From assembly GCA_044892525.1 (NCBI GenBank), contig CM097887.1:78346397-78410396 (forward strand): DNA of 64,000 nucleotides, in the 5' to 3' direction. This document shows positions 39,801 to 54,500 of this stretch, one piece after another. Position 1 is the stretch's first letter; the number at the start of each line of letters is the position of its first letter. Under the pieces are notes generated by a model that worked only from the letters and a program-made list of their open reading frames with translations, was not told the DNA's origin and did not search any database. Source of the DNA: Schmidtea polychroa. Lineage: Eukaryota. Made by a program: the position numbers and the translations under genes.

Positions 39801-42800
39801 AACATTTACATTAACTTTTGTGTATTTGATTTATGGGGTTTTACAACTTATTTTTGTTTATTGAAATTCTGTTTTTAGACCACGTATGATTTTATCTCAA
39901 TGAAAATATTCTTTTTGATTATTTTTTGCCTTCAATGCGATAACACAGATTTATCCAAGCTTATATGAACTTATAAAATTGTTGTCAGCCGAGTGGGGTA
40001 AAGTTGTTATGAACAAAATTCGTTACCCAAACTATTATTTTATTATAATTATTTATTATAATATAAAATATATTGTATTATGTATTATATTTTTTCGATT
40101 ATAAAGTTATACTTTAAATGAAATGATAATTGACGATAAGATGATTATAATAAATATTGTAGCAAGCGTCGAAGTGATTGCCGGTTAGTTTAAAATAGTC
40201 TGTATAGCTAGCCCGTTTCATATTCATATATTCAACATAAAAAATCCTGAACAGTATATCATTTGCGATTAAATATTATTATAGAAATTACTATAATTAT
40301 AATGAACTTGTTAGTAAAATACAAAATATAAATAAAATTTTCAATATACTACAATTATTTTTATATATAAATGAAACTTATAAAAGTGTAAATTTTTTTT
40401 GATGTTCGAAATTTCATTGACATTTTTTAAGTAATACCAATATTGATCAAAACGTGTCTGGTCCAATGTAAGTTTAGAAGTCGGATTGTAACAGGGCGAG
40501 ATGGAAAATTGATTAACTGAGTTTTGCTATATGGGGAATTTTGAATTAGTTTTGCGCGATACTAATTAATAATAAAATATTTGCACAATTCTGCGTCGAC
40601 CCATTACATAAAGTATAAAAATGGCTTGCAGTTACTTATAAGTTACTTCAAAGTTTAAAATCTCTATATAAATAATAATATTTTTTAAAGTTACTAGCAA
40701 TTATATTTCAGACTTGGACACGTTTCGTTTTGACTCCAATAGTTTCGCGTCAACAAAATTATTGGGAAAGTGACTGTTTTATTGAACTTCCATTTAAAAT
40801 ACAATATTCTTTATTTGTACCAATTTTGAAGTACTTAGTTTTAATGTACCTAAATGTATTACTGAACAAAGCTATTGGAGCAATTAATGACCTAAGAAAG
40901 TTATCAAAATATATTATCGTAAATGTCCTCAATTCCTTCTACGTTATTTGGCAAACTGCGGCCTTTTAAAAGATAAGATAAATTTTTGACTATTGTGTTT
41001 ATAAGCAGATTCTTTTACTCCAATAAATTCTCTAATCATACTGACAAATGGATAACTCGTGGTTTAATATTTTTAATGAATAACGAAGTTTATTATTTAA
41101 ATAAATTTAAGCTTTGCTGTAGTTTATCACTGGAGAATGTTTGAGCTTTGCCTCGCCTTGTATTATGACATCTGATTAATTAAATTTTTATTATCGTTAT
41201 AGATCTATTACGAATAGAAAGTTTTCTACTGGGTTTCCTTTCGCCATGAAGTCATTAATTCACACACCCAGTACTGATTCTCTCGACAGTTGCTACGATG
41301 TACCTGATAGCCCAAATGATCATATTGTAATGAAACCTAAATGGTGTCGTGCGACAAACAAGTCTCCAAGTTTTGATAACGAGAATTTTTCACTACTCAA
41401 TGGATCAATGGAATTTGAGACATGCGGTTACAGAAATAATATGGCGGATGATTTATCTAAATTAGATATGCATTCTCCTCCTTGTCAACGAATGGGAGCA
41501 ATGGCAGCATTCAAAACTATGGACGAATTTGAGGAGTTAGTAATGACATTTATAATATTTTTAATTTTTATACATAATTAATTTTGATGCTTAAATTCAT
41601 AACTTAAATGTATTTACTATGTGCGCACCTACATACGCAAGGTGGTCACTCAACTGATGAATTCGTTATTAACAACAATCACTAATACAATTATTAAGAT
41701 AATAAATGAAAAATGAAATATATTCCGTTTCTGAGGTTGTTCTGGAAAGACTGGAATCGCCACTTCCATTAGGTTTGCAACGCATTGCTCAAATTCGTGT
41801 GCTCAGTATTCGGCGGTTTTTTCCAAGTTTTTAAAGTAAATGCTCAATGCCACATTTCTAGCTTAATAACAGTGGGTTCTTTGAATACAAGTTGATTGGA
41901 ATTTACCATATTGACAATAGGTTCATATACAACATTTCTTCTATTTTTCTACTCATATAATCACTACTCCATTTGATTTTTTTTCTTAATATTGTGTAAT
42001 CTCAATGATATATAGATGTAAAGTCATTTATCTTGTATATTAATGCACCTCGATCAAATTCATTCATATAAACATAAAATTACTAATTAATTAATTAATT
42101 AATTTTTTAAAAAAATCTTTAAGCAATTGGGAAAACAAATAAACGAAAAATTGAGAAAGCATTATCATGACAGTATGGATGATTGGAGCAAGTTGAAAAA
42201 GCTTTTCACGAAATATTATACTTAAAATAATTAATTATTTTAGTTTTCAAACGAGTTACTAGAAAGCCACGATGAGAAGATTGTATAGGCAATGTCAAAA
42301 AGTAATTAATTAAACGAACTATTTTGCTAGATAAATGAAGTGAAAATCATTAACAATCAGCAATTTGTCTCACATAAGGAAAAAGAAAATTATTCGAAAT
42401 TTTTAGAAATATTCAGAAGATAACATTAACATCAAATCACTTCCTGAAAATTTAGGAATTTTATTTACGTGATCATTAATATATTGCATATGATATCCTA
42501 ACATAGCGGCACAAGAAATTCAACTCTCGGTTATTTGTTTATCATTGTGTTTGAAATTGATCGATTGTTTTATTAATTGTTTTATTAACACTATTTATTA
42601 ATTATCAAGAACACAGGGAGTTAAGGTTTGTTCTTAAATGATTTAATTCATTTTTTGGAAATAAATATCTTTTTAGGATAATGGCAAATATTAAAAATCT
42701 AATTAATTAATAATGCAGAATTCTCAAAATAAAGTTGTTTGAGTATTCTCAGATTAGCAGATTTTCGAATTACAGAAATTTATTATTTAATAAATATTTC

Positions 42801-45800
42801 TAATCAATAGATGTCCTTACTCGATCACGAGTAATTTCTTTGAATATAATCGAAGATAGCATAAATGATTTTGTCAAGGAAATTGAAAAATTCTTCGAAC
42901 TTACATTGAATTCCTGCGATTTACATCATACATTGGTAAAAACATTTTATCTAATGATGTTCTAAAGATTTTTGAAAAACAAAAAAGAATTCAATAAAAG
43001 AAACTATATTATTAATAGCATTTTCGGAAGAATAACACGTTTAAAGAAAATCTTTCGCTGCGTTGAAATATAATAAAGAAGATCAATTAATAGATATAAT
43101 ATTTTGAGAAGATTGAAGAACTGACGAAGGTTTCCAGGCATTCGATATCAGAATAGTAATTCAAATTATTCTTATTAAATAAAGTTAAACAAGTTAGATC
43201 TATATTTCCAATTCCTAATATTGAAGAAATCTTACATGTAATAATTAGTAAGCGAATTTAGTTCGTTTTGGCATCACCGAGCGCTGATTTATAAATTTTA
43301 CCTGATGTCATAATATATCAATAATACAAAAGCGTAAATTATCCCTTCCTTCAGATTATTTTGCCAATTATATTAAAGTTATTCAATTTTGCTACATAAT
43401 AAAATAAAGGGTTAAATGTGTTAAATTTAAATTTACATCTGTTCAGAGTATTCGACGAAATAATGGAGCATTTCAGTTCGATACAAGAAGAAAATGAACA
43501 AAATACAGTTGTGACATTTCAAGATCCCCCGTATTGTTCAGTTAGAATATAATATGAATTTCTCAACTATTAATCCTTTTTACTATAGACAAACATAAAG
43601 GAAGAACCGATTCACATTTTCAATGTGGCTTTCCGGGAGGATTCAGTTGTTGAAGATGAAGACAATGAAAAAATTTTGTCAGACTTTTGTTTACGGAAAA
43701 AGAAAGTATTTATCGAACACGGTATTCGGAGAGTGACCTTCCTCATGACTTCTGCTGTGAGTTTATCAAAATTTTAATAATAATCTAAAATGTTATTCTA
43801 TAATATCATATATTAAATCTATTACTAGTGATACTGGGTTCACCGAGTTGTGGCTGAAATACATTACATGATACTTATACATCTATAAATAGTAACATAC
43901 AATACAGAAAGACACACAAAATATTTTCGGCACAACCTTTTTCAAATGATTCATCGATATCTTTACTGATTCATGGTCAATTTTTTTTATAAATCAGTAA
44001 AGATGTACTTAACGCGCTCAAAAATAACTGTAAACTGTAATTTATTGGTAAAATGTGCAAACGAGAGCTCCTTAGAAATATTAGGAAAGGTTTCATTAAA
44101 AATTAAAATTATAAATCAGGATAATAATGTCGATTTCTTTATCGCAAATGAAATTTCGCCAAAAGTTTAATAGGAATCTTATTAATATGTTAGATAAATT
44201 TTTCTTGCACCTGTAACATTTCAAACGCTCACGAATAAAGTATTAAAAAAGCTGTATAAAGTATAAAGAAGCAGATGGTTATCTTAACCACATTAATATT
44301 TTCGTCTTACTTGCAAGAACACTTTAAGAGTATGAGAAAAGTATTTTAGAGAATAAGTGATTCTGGGTTAAAGATAAGTCCAGAAAAATGTTATTTTATT
44401 AAAAAAAGCATTTTTAAGGCATGTCGTAAACGAAGAATGAATACACACTGATGACAAAAAAAATTAAAAATTTCGAAACCCCAAAATGTGTTAAAAAATT
44501 ACGAAGTTTTCTTGAAAGACAGTTGCACAATAATTAACGAAAAATGGATTTTAAAATTTTGTGCTCCAAGGAGTATTTAATTTGATAGAGGAAAAGCATT
44601 TGAGTCAGCTTTATTAAAACCATTTGCATAGTTCGTATCATCATTCAGCTAATGGACACATTGAACGTCAATTTAGAACTTTGTAAAGAAAGAACGGGCA
44701 AAGACTGTCGAAATTCCCTTTAAAGAAAGAACAGACAAAGACTGGGTTGGAATACTTCCTGAAGTTGAATTTATGTTGAATGCAACAATTCAGAAAACTA
44801 CTCAGCTGAATCATGCACAAATTGTTTTTGGGGAAAAGATTACCAGAGAGTGATATGAACATGAGAACTATGTGAACTACAATTATTAATGGGGAGACAT
44901 AAATCAGTTACAAAAATGAATACAAGGAAATATGGGAGATGAATTATTTTTCAATAAAGTAAGACCGAATCGAATTTCCAATTTCGTGGATGTTGTTTTG
45001 GTTTAAAAACATGTGGCAAAATCAAATGAAGATAGATTTGAGGGTCCAGGTAAAATAATGAAAAGGTTTCATGATCGATTTTCAGAATGGAAAATCAAAA
45101 ATGAAAAATGTGGAATGGATCAAACATTTTAAAACGAAGGAGCTTGTAGAATATGTAAATAATTCCTATTTGAAATAAGTTGAATTTTTATGACTGAATA
45201 TTATGTAATGTTTGTCAACAGTGCGATATTGTATTATTTATGCATGTGTGTATCTTGCTCAAGATACTTACAATATTATTACTCCTTTCTGATGTATTTT
45301 TTGAGTAATAATAAATATTATGTTTCCAAAGTTTTCTAACAATCAATTTAAAATTTTTTATTTGTGTAAAGTTGTGGCTTTATTATAAGAACTTTCGATT
45401 TTCACCTTCAATTTCTTTTCAATTGGAATTGTATTTATAAAAAAATTGACTATGAATCAGTACATCATTTTTCAAGTGATTTTGACATCAAAAGGGTGTA
45501 CCTTAGTTATATATAAGCAGTTTATTTTGAAAGTCGCATTTTTACTATTTTATTTGATGAAAACCTTTTTTGTTTTTATTTGTTATTCTGATTATTAAAA
45601 TACTCCCTCTGTCCAAAAATGATAGTCCAGTTGCATTTTAGCCGTTTTCCCAAAATGATTGTCAATAGAGAATATAAAAAATTGAATGGTTTTGTAAAAC
45701 CTTTTACAGTAAAAACACATTAAAAAATTTTATTTTATTGATTGAACAAATAACAAAACTGCATTTTAAGTATCACTGTTACGTATAAAAGAAATTGCCA

Positions 45801-48491
45801 AAAAAGTCAAATTGGACTATCATTTTTGGACAGAGGGATTAATATACTTATTGCAATTGTTAATTACATTTAATGAAATTATTTTATACTAAGATTGCAA
45901 TAAATGTTAATTTATAATGTTAGCTACAGTCCCATAAATCAGAAATAACTTCAGAAAATTTGATTTACTCATAAATCCTATAATTTGTTGAAAAATATTA
46001 AAATATCATATTGCGTTTTTAATCACGCTTTCTAACAATATTTTTGACCAGAAAAAAAATCACTTCAATGTTAAAAAATCCTAATGAAACATCTTTGACT
46101 TATTGAATTATTTGTCAATATTTATACTCGTAAGTTTGGTCTTTTGAAAGTTCAAATTGTGATGAAATGATAGCAAAAGAGAGATCATGCAACTGTGTAA
46201 TGCAGCGTAATAGTAATAGTATCTGCAGAATATGATTCAACACTCATTCTCTTATCAATTGAGCATTTGTTTGTCAATGAATATTATAAATATCTGTACT
46301 CTTATATTGCTTGCTTATTAACACTAATCCATAGTCTTTACCATGTATTAATTACCTACGTGGTGCATTCAATAAGTACCTGGACTAGGTGCTAAAGGAA
46401 ACTAACAAGAACGGTATATTCTAACATAAGAACAACAAGAGTGCAAGGTTTTTTTTTAATTGTAAGACCTATTGTGGTTCATACCAATCCCCCGCGATGC
46501 AGAAGTTCCAAAAAGTCATTGAAGAAAATTCAAGAAAATAATATTTCCCCTCGAAAATGTTTATTCATATGTCTGAATAGATAACGGTCACTCTGCGCTA
46601 GATTGGGACAGTAGAGAGTGATTTAAAACAATTGATCCGTTTTTTTCAATCACTGACATTGTTTCCTTACTTTTGAGGATTGGGGCATTGTCTAGGAGGA
46701 GCCATGGATAGAGACAAAGTAGTTTTCGGCGATTAAATTTGCATGTGTTCACGAGGCTGCTGAAGACTGGAATTTATTCGCAGAGCTTTCTCAGTGAAAT
46801 CAGTATAGATTATGCCTCTGATCCTAAAAAATTGTTAACATCAATGACTTTCTCTCATCTTTCTGGAACTTGTTTCAAGTGAATTTCCATTCGTTTTGTC
46901 TCAGAAACATACATAGATAAAGGGGTTTCATCCACATTAATGATATTTCTGAGGAATTTTTCATTATGTTCATAAAAATGAGGTTGGCTCGGCAGCATTT
47001 GAAATGTGTTTTCTTACGCTACTATACAGGTGAATATTAAAAGAAACTGTATTTTTGTAACCACTGATAATACATTATGGTTTCACTAGAATATTTCTAA
47101 ACTACTATTATTTTTTTATGGGATAATCTGAGGGGACTTATTGAATGTACCACGTATAACCTTATTAACTATTGAATCCAATAGAAAATGACAGAGATGG
47201 AATAGCAACTCAACAAATGTAATTTAGAAAAGATACTTTGATAATCAGATTTTCTTTGTATTTTGTTTAGAATATCCAGACAAAGATATCGTAAATATTG
47301 TTTTAAATTTGAAAGTAATCAAGTAAGATTTTTCCAAATTTGGGTGGTTTTTAAAGGGAAACAAGTTAATGATGGTTGTGAAATACATCATTCTTTTTCG
47401 ACTTGAAAAGAAAGAAAAGTTGAAAAATACCTGCAAAATCTATGACAAGAATAGATGTACATTTATCCTATTTGCGAACATATAGAAAAACTATGCTCCA
47501 AAAATCTCACTACTGTGGCGAAGATCAACAATTTCAATAATCACAGTGCCTGAAATTGACAATACATATAAGATTGATTTACAAAACTATTAACTACCGA
47601 ATTCTTGTTCACATAAAAAGAAATGAGCGATAGCTATAATGAAAATAAGAATGATTTGGTTACTGAAATTAAAAATTAATTACAGTTCTAGCATAGAGCT
47701 TGTAAGAAAGGCTTGGGTGATGTAATATATTATCCTTACCACTGGATGAGATTTTATTTATTAGAAGTATAGACAAGGATTATAAACGACAAGTCAACGT
47801 AATAATTTTATACACAAGCATTTAAATGGTTCTATATTTAATTCATTTTCATGAAAATGTATGTTAATATTCATAACAATAAAAATATTTGTAAATAGTA
47901 TATTTAGTTGAAGATGTATGTGGACAGTTTATATTGAAATATAGGTAATAATCTTATAACACTGTTTAATATAGAACAATTAATAATATTAGTAGGTAGT
48001 TAGTGGCCCTCTGCAGCACGACCATTTAGTACCCTTACTCTCTTCCTTTAATTTAAAAAAAAATTGCTACAGAGGGGTCTTAGCCGTGTAACGGAAATAT
48101 TTTAATTACATCACATTTTTCTGACTTTAGTGAAGGGGTCTCCTTGGTCTCAGGGATTTTCAATACAGAATCCGATCCTCGTTAAAAAGCCATGGTAATT
48201 TAGGGTCCCAGGATTTTTTCAATACAAAATCCGACTGTCAATTAAAAAGCCAAGATATTTTAGGGTCCCAAGATTTTTTCAATACAAAATCCGACTGTTA
48301 ATAAAGCCATGGTAATTTAAGGTTCCAAAAATTTTTGTACATAGAATTTATGGCCCTATATTTTGATTAATCGATGGCCACGTGAAATTTTGCTAATTAA
48401 TTAAATTAAGGGCTATATTTTAAATGTAAATTTGTATGAATTAATTTTCAAAGATAAATTTGAATATAAATTTTTATGATTTAATTTTTGC

Positions 48492-48564
<73 letters not shown>

Positions 48565-51500
48565 TCAACAGACACTAAGTACTTACAACTTGATATAGAG
48601 TCTTACTTTCGGTAGGACAATCCTACAATTTATATATTTGTCCTACGTACTACTGTAGTAGGTTATTGATTTGTTCTACTTTGAGCCTCTCAACATGTGG
48701 CAACCCTAACTTGATACCAAGTACTTACAATCAACTAACAACATATAAAAATAATAATAAGAAACAAAGACAAAATAAAGATACAAAGTATATTCATCAT
48801 CACATAGTTGCCTATAAAAAGCTATTCTTAATTCGGCAATTTTTTTAAGCTATGATGAACTTTTAAATAACATTTTTAAACTCCTACTTTTTAATAAGCT
48901 AAAAATATTTACTAGAAAACTATTAAGTTTTTTGGCCCGAAAAAAACTTTAAAAACTGACTAAGCTACTAGCGTATAACGAAAAAACAGGGTAATCTTAT
49001 AACACTTGTTTTGTTTAACATAGATGAATTAATAATATTAATAATATCGAGGGTTACCTAGAATTATTTTTTAATTACAATTCAAAAATACTTTCATTTC
49101 AAAACTTATTTTAATTATAGGTAACTATGTGGGTATCAGAATTTATGGATTAATATACTTCTTACCACTGCCGGTCCTGGATACTTGGCCGCCCATTAGC
49201 AAGCCCACTTTACGCCGTCTTTGTTTTTCGTTAAAGTTAAAAATGTTTAGAAAGTACAAAAATATTTTATGTAATCCAATCGGTTTCTATCAAAAACGAT
49301 TCTAACTATAAACTCGTCGTGCACTTTGTGGTGTTGAGGTATAAAATAAAAGGTATTATTAAGAAAAAATAATAATAAAAGTACGACAGATTTTAGTATA
49401 ACTTCCCTAGCAAAATGGATTTTTTATTCAGAAAAATAATTCCGAAAGCCTGCAGCATTAATACTTATATTTTATATATAATAGAGTTAAAAAGATACAT
49501 TTTAAAAATGTTTTGTATGTATACATTTTATTTTCATGCATTTTGAATATTACAAAATTAAATAACAAAATTAATTTAGTTACGTTCTCAAAACATTAAC
49601 ATAATTTTAACCATTTTAACCATTTAACATTAACCATTTACTACATAAAATAAAATGGTTACTAATTACTAAATATAACTACGTTTTTAGATCAACCCTT
49701 CAGGCGTTTACAGAAGCGAATTTATCAATCAATTCTGATAAGTCTATTCTTTCAGACAATTCATGTTCAATGAAAATAAGAGCAAGTTTACTTAGTCTTT
49801 CTGGGGACATGGTAAACCCGGAGATAGTTTTTATTATTTTAAGTTTTGAAAAATTTCTTTCATCGGCCACTGAGACTTTTTAGACTTAAATTTGAAATGT
49901 GTTTTTTAAATATACCATCGATATGTAGAAGCGGAAAAAAGTTATATAATTTCAAAAAAATCAAATATTTCCACACTAATTTTTGCGGCATTACTTACGA
50001 CTAATATCAAAGTATGAGCATTACAAGGGACGCGTTTAGTCAATTCAATCGGATTTACAATAAATTATACTCATTCTATTATTTCTCCTTTTAAGACTAT
50101 TACTATTAAATATTTGAATTTATATTCTTCCTTTTATAGTATGAAATATCATAAACTTTTGTTTTCAATGCTTGATATTCCTGAATTTCATTTATCGGTT
50201 AATCTCTTTTTCAATTTCCAGGGCACATTTCCCAGATATTTCACTTTCAGAGCTAAAAATGACTTCAAGGAAGACCGAATTTATCGACATTTAGAGCCAG
50301 CTTTGGCATTTCAATTGGAAATCAATAGAATGAGAAATTACGACTTGGAACAAATTCCTGTTGTCAATAGACGCATGCATCTTTATTTGGCTAAAGCTAA
50401 AGTTGACAGTTCTCTTATTTTTATTGATTTAATTAAAATTTTACAGGTATCTGAAGGCCAAGAAGTTACGGATTACAGATTTTTTGTCCGTAGTATAATT
50501 AGACATGCAGATCTTGTTACTAAAGAAGCATCCTTTGAATATGTAACAAACGAAGCTGAGAGAACACTTCTCGAGTCACTTGATGCTCTTGAACTAGCCT
50601 TGACACACCCGGACGCTCACAGGACTAATTGCAATCATATATTTTTGAATTTTGCTCCTACGTTAACTTTGCCAGATTTAACTCGGTTGGAAGAAACAGT
50701 GCGAAGGATGGTCATGCGATACGGTAGTCGTTTATGGAAATTAAGAGTAGCTCAAGTATAAATTTATTGATATTGATTTCTTAAATCAAATTGACTTTCG
50801 AAGGCTGAATTGAAAATGATGGTTCGGTTTAGTGATCAAGGTCAACGCATACCAATGCGAATGTGGCTTGCTAATGAAGGTGGATATGATTTGGAAATTT
50901 CTGTGTATAAAGAGGTATTTGATCAGACGACAGGTCAAATCCAATTCAGGTCGTTTGGGAATGGGAAAAAGGCTAAATTACATGGTATGCTTTTAGAAGC
51001 TCCTTATCAAACTAAAGATCATTTGCAGCTGAAAAGATTTCAAGTAATTTATATATTTAATAATGTATATGCTCTAATGTATGCTTGGTACATTGTATAA
51101 CTTATTATTATTACTTAACCGACAATGAATATTTAAAGTATTAAATTTCATCACAGCGAATTCCCTTTTATTTATATAATATCTGAAAATCGAATTTCCT
51201 TTATTGAATGAATTTATCCAATCTTATCAAGTATTTTTAAATATGTTATACTATGTTAAATATAAACAAATGTTTTTTAAATAAATAAAACTTATTTGGT
51301 AATAAATTTAGCTCATGGCAATTGTAACTAAATATTCAAATCGACTTTTACTTTAATTGTACACGAAGTTTAATTAGTTCAGCTTTAACGAGAAATTTAG
51401 CTTAATTACTTAAATTTCAAATCGACATCAAGTTATAGCACGTAAAATTTTATTAATTCTTACAAAATACACTTGAAAAATGCAGCGCCGAAAATTTGTG

Positions 51501-54500
51501 TTGAACAGAAATGATTGATCTATAGTTAAAAAATGGAATGAAAATAAATGAAATCTTAAATGAAAAAAATTATTGAGAGTGAAGGAATTGATAAAAAATG
51601 ATATATCTTTAATATTTTTTAAATATAAAATAATGTTAATAAATAAATCGATTCTTAAATTATTTTAATATTAATTGATTATTAATATTTTTATTAGTAT
51701 AATTATTATAATTTAATGATTGTTTCTTGGTAGTAGTGTCAATTAAATGTTAAACAAGTAAATGACAAGTAAGCTTTCCTTATTATAATATTTATTATAA
51801 TTTTTTTTTAAACTATTTTTATTCTAGACCGCAATACAACCATCTCATCACTGATACTTTCATTTTAGTTATAACTTTATAACTTTTTATTATAACTTTC
51901 AGCATCATAACTTTTCTTGATGATTTAGGTTAATTAATTTTTTCAAATATCATTTATTTAACTAAAATATTTTTCATCTGCATTTGTAAAATTTTCAGTG
52001 AAATGAATTCTTTAAAGAATGAATGCTCTTATCTCTAGAATGTGTTTTCCCCTGGGAATTAGATTTTTCTACTAATTTCCTCGACATCATTAAATAACTG
52101 AATCCATTTTTTCAAGTTTGAATAAAAGGTCACAGTTATTCATCAATATCGATGAGAATTATTAGTTTTTCCATTTTAAAGATACCTTTGATGGATCATA
52201 TAATATCAATAAATTTCCCTGTTGTGGTTCTATAACGGTTTCTACCATATCAATTCCTTTATAAAATCGCTACTTCGAAATTGTCTAAATCAGAATTTCA
52301 CACATTCGATATTAATCTAAAATTTATGTTTTCTTAGGGTCATTAGTTATCTCTTGTTGTTACCTTTGTATTCTTTGTATTTTACTTTTGATCTTGGTTA
52401 TTTTTGAGAATTACAACTTTGTGAGTTTATTTACTTTTTTCGCAAAATATATTTTTATACCCGATAAAAAGAATGGCAAATTTTGAAAATTTTACAAATG
52501 AATAGGAAATTCTTCACAACAAGTGCTAATATACAGACCCATATCACATTCCACGTATTCATTTCGGTTGCTCCTTTACTTAATTTTTTACATTATTACA
52601 TTCTTATAAATTATAAAATCTCTAAGTTTATATTTTTTGGATAGGTATAATATTTTTTTTCTCGTGAAGCATACATCAAAATCGTATTTTTCGATAATTT
52701 CACGGTATTTTGGGAATTAATTTAAAGATAATATATCCAAGATTTATCATATTTATGGAAGATATGCAAAAATCTTTAGTTGAAGTCAACGGATTAATTC
52801 AACAAATTTACTTATTTTATTCTACCTTTCTCGAATACTGTTATCGTTCGAATTTCTTATTATTATGTCAGTGATGATTTAGAGTACCATAGGGCAGATA
52901 TTCGCTTTTGTCCTTGATAATTTGTCTCTATGAAATGCATTTTCTAGTCGTGAATATTTGGAGAATCAATGTTGAATAATATAATTACAATGGGTTACTG
53001 ATAATTGTAGTCAATAATACCTATCAGAATTTAGGTTTTTTTTATAAATTAGAATTTGAATTGACGATTGATTGGACAACTGTAGAATAAAGTAGCAACT
53101 GAAATCACTTATAAAAGTTTCTGAATTTGTTGGCATATTTTACTGTATAATGTTTAACATTGTAACGGGTGGATTATTATAGGATTGACGCGTTATGGAT
53201 CATTGGAAGGTAATTAATTGAACATATTCATCATGATCTAAAAGTGTTTAAAATTGTTATTTTAATAATTTTTACAGTTTACTGTTGATTTAATTCATAA
53301 ATTCGTTCTCCTGTTTATAATATTAAATTTTTAATAATAACTTTTCAGACCAACAGCTAATACTTTGTCGAATCATTGTATGACTTCCTCCTAGTCTGAT
53401 TTTCACTGACATTACTTTATAGCATTCTGTTATTTTGATTTAATTTCATTTTTCCATAACAACTCAGTTATATTTTATTATTAATTTCATGCTAATATAG
53501 CTCTTTTACTTTTGTATGTAATGACTCATTTATATGACATTTTATTATTAATTATTATAATTATAATATGTCAGTACTAATTGGCCATATAACGCCAGAA
53601 TGTTTGAATAATAGAATAATATTAAACAAAAGCAACTGATTAAATTAATTTAAAATATTTAACAAAATTAATTATCAATTAAATGATGGTAAAAATTACA
53701 CTAAATCGCATCTAGCACAGGAAGAAAATGTAGATAAAAAAAGTTAATAGCGAAGCTTTTATTCTTAAAAGATTAATAGAAACTGTCAGTTTAAGTTCAT
53801 TTCAAAAATAAAATCACTAGTTCTCATTCCAATTTATGCTTGGTGAACTTCATTATGAAAGCCCTCGTTACTGGAACTTTATTTTCTTTAGCAGTTTTTA
53901 AGGATATATTGTGAATATGTTTTAATATTGCGATAAACAAATTTCATTTTCAATTTATATGTGTATAGATTGTTATTCTTTGAAACTAACTGAAGAAAAA
54001 CATTTTCAGCCTATTGAAGCCGAACAATGAACAATAAATAAAATAATTTTTCACACTAAGAACCTTTGTAATTGTTTCATCTAATTTTCTGAAAAATATT
54101 TTTGAGACGCACTGCTCTATTAAGGAAAAACTATTGTTTCTTTATGATGTTAATCAAATCTCTTTGATTTCAATTTTTGTCTTTAATATTCTCAGTTTAC
54201 ATCATACTGCATAATTACTTTATTTTTTATTAATATTAGGGTGTTATTACTTTCATTATTTATAAATTAAGAATTTTATTATTATTATTATTAAAAAATA
54301 AACTTTAGCTGTAGAATATATATTAATTTAAATGAAAACATTTTTAACATTTAATTTATGCAACTACCAAGAAACTGTCATTTTATAATATTATCATCAT
54401 TATTATTATTTATATATTAAAACTAATTATATTTGAATAATGGAAGAAGCAAAATTTGTAACGATATTGTTGTTAGGGAAAATCATTGTTTTCTGTTATA

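Noticed and set aside
42811-45341. ACC exons 21-22 apparently embedded inside one Gypsy element (gag upstream, pol downstream)
   Set aside because: The upstream relic already reaches an RT motif ([10 protein letters not shown]) while the downstream relic restarts at the protease, so the order is not collinear. Two independent insertions explain it, and no matching 5' LTR was found.
48145-48340. Tandem repeat as a CRISPR array
   Set aside because: The units are contiguous with no unique spacers, there are no cas genes, and the context is eukaryotic.
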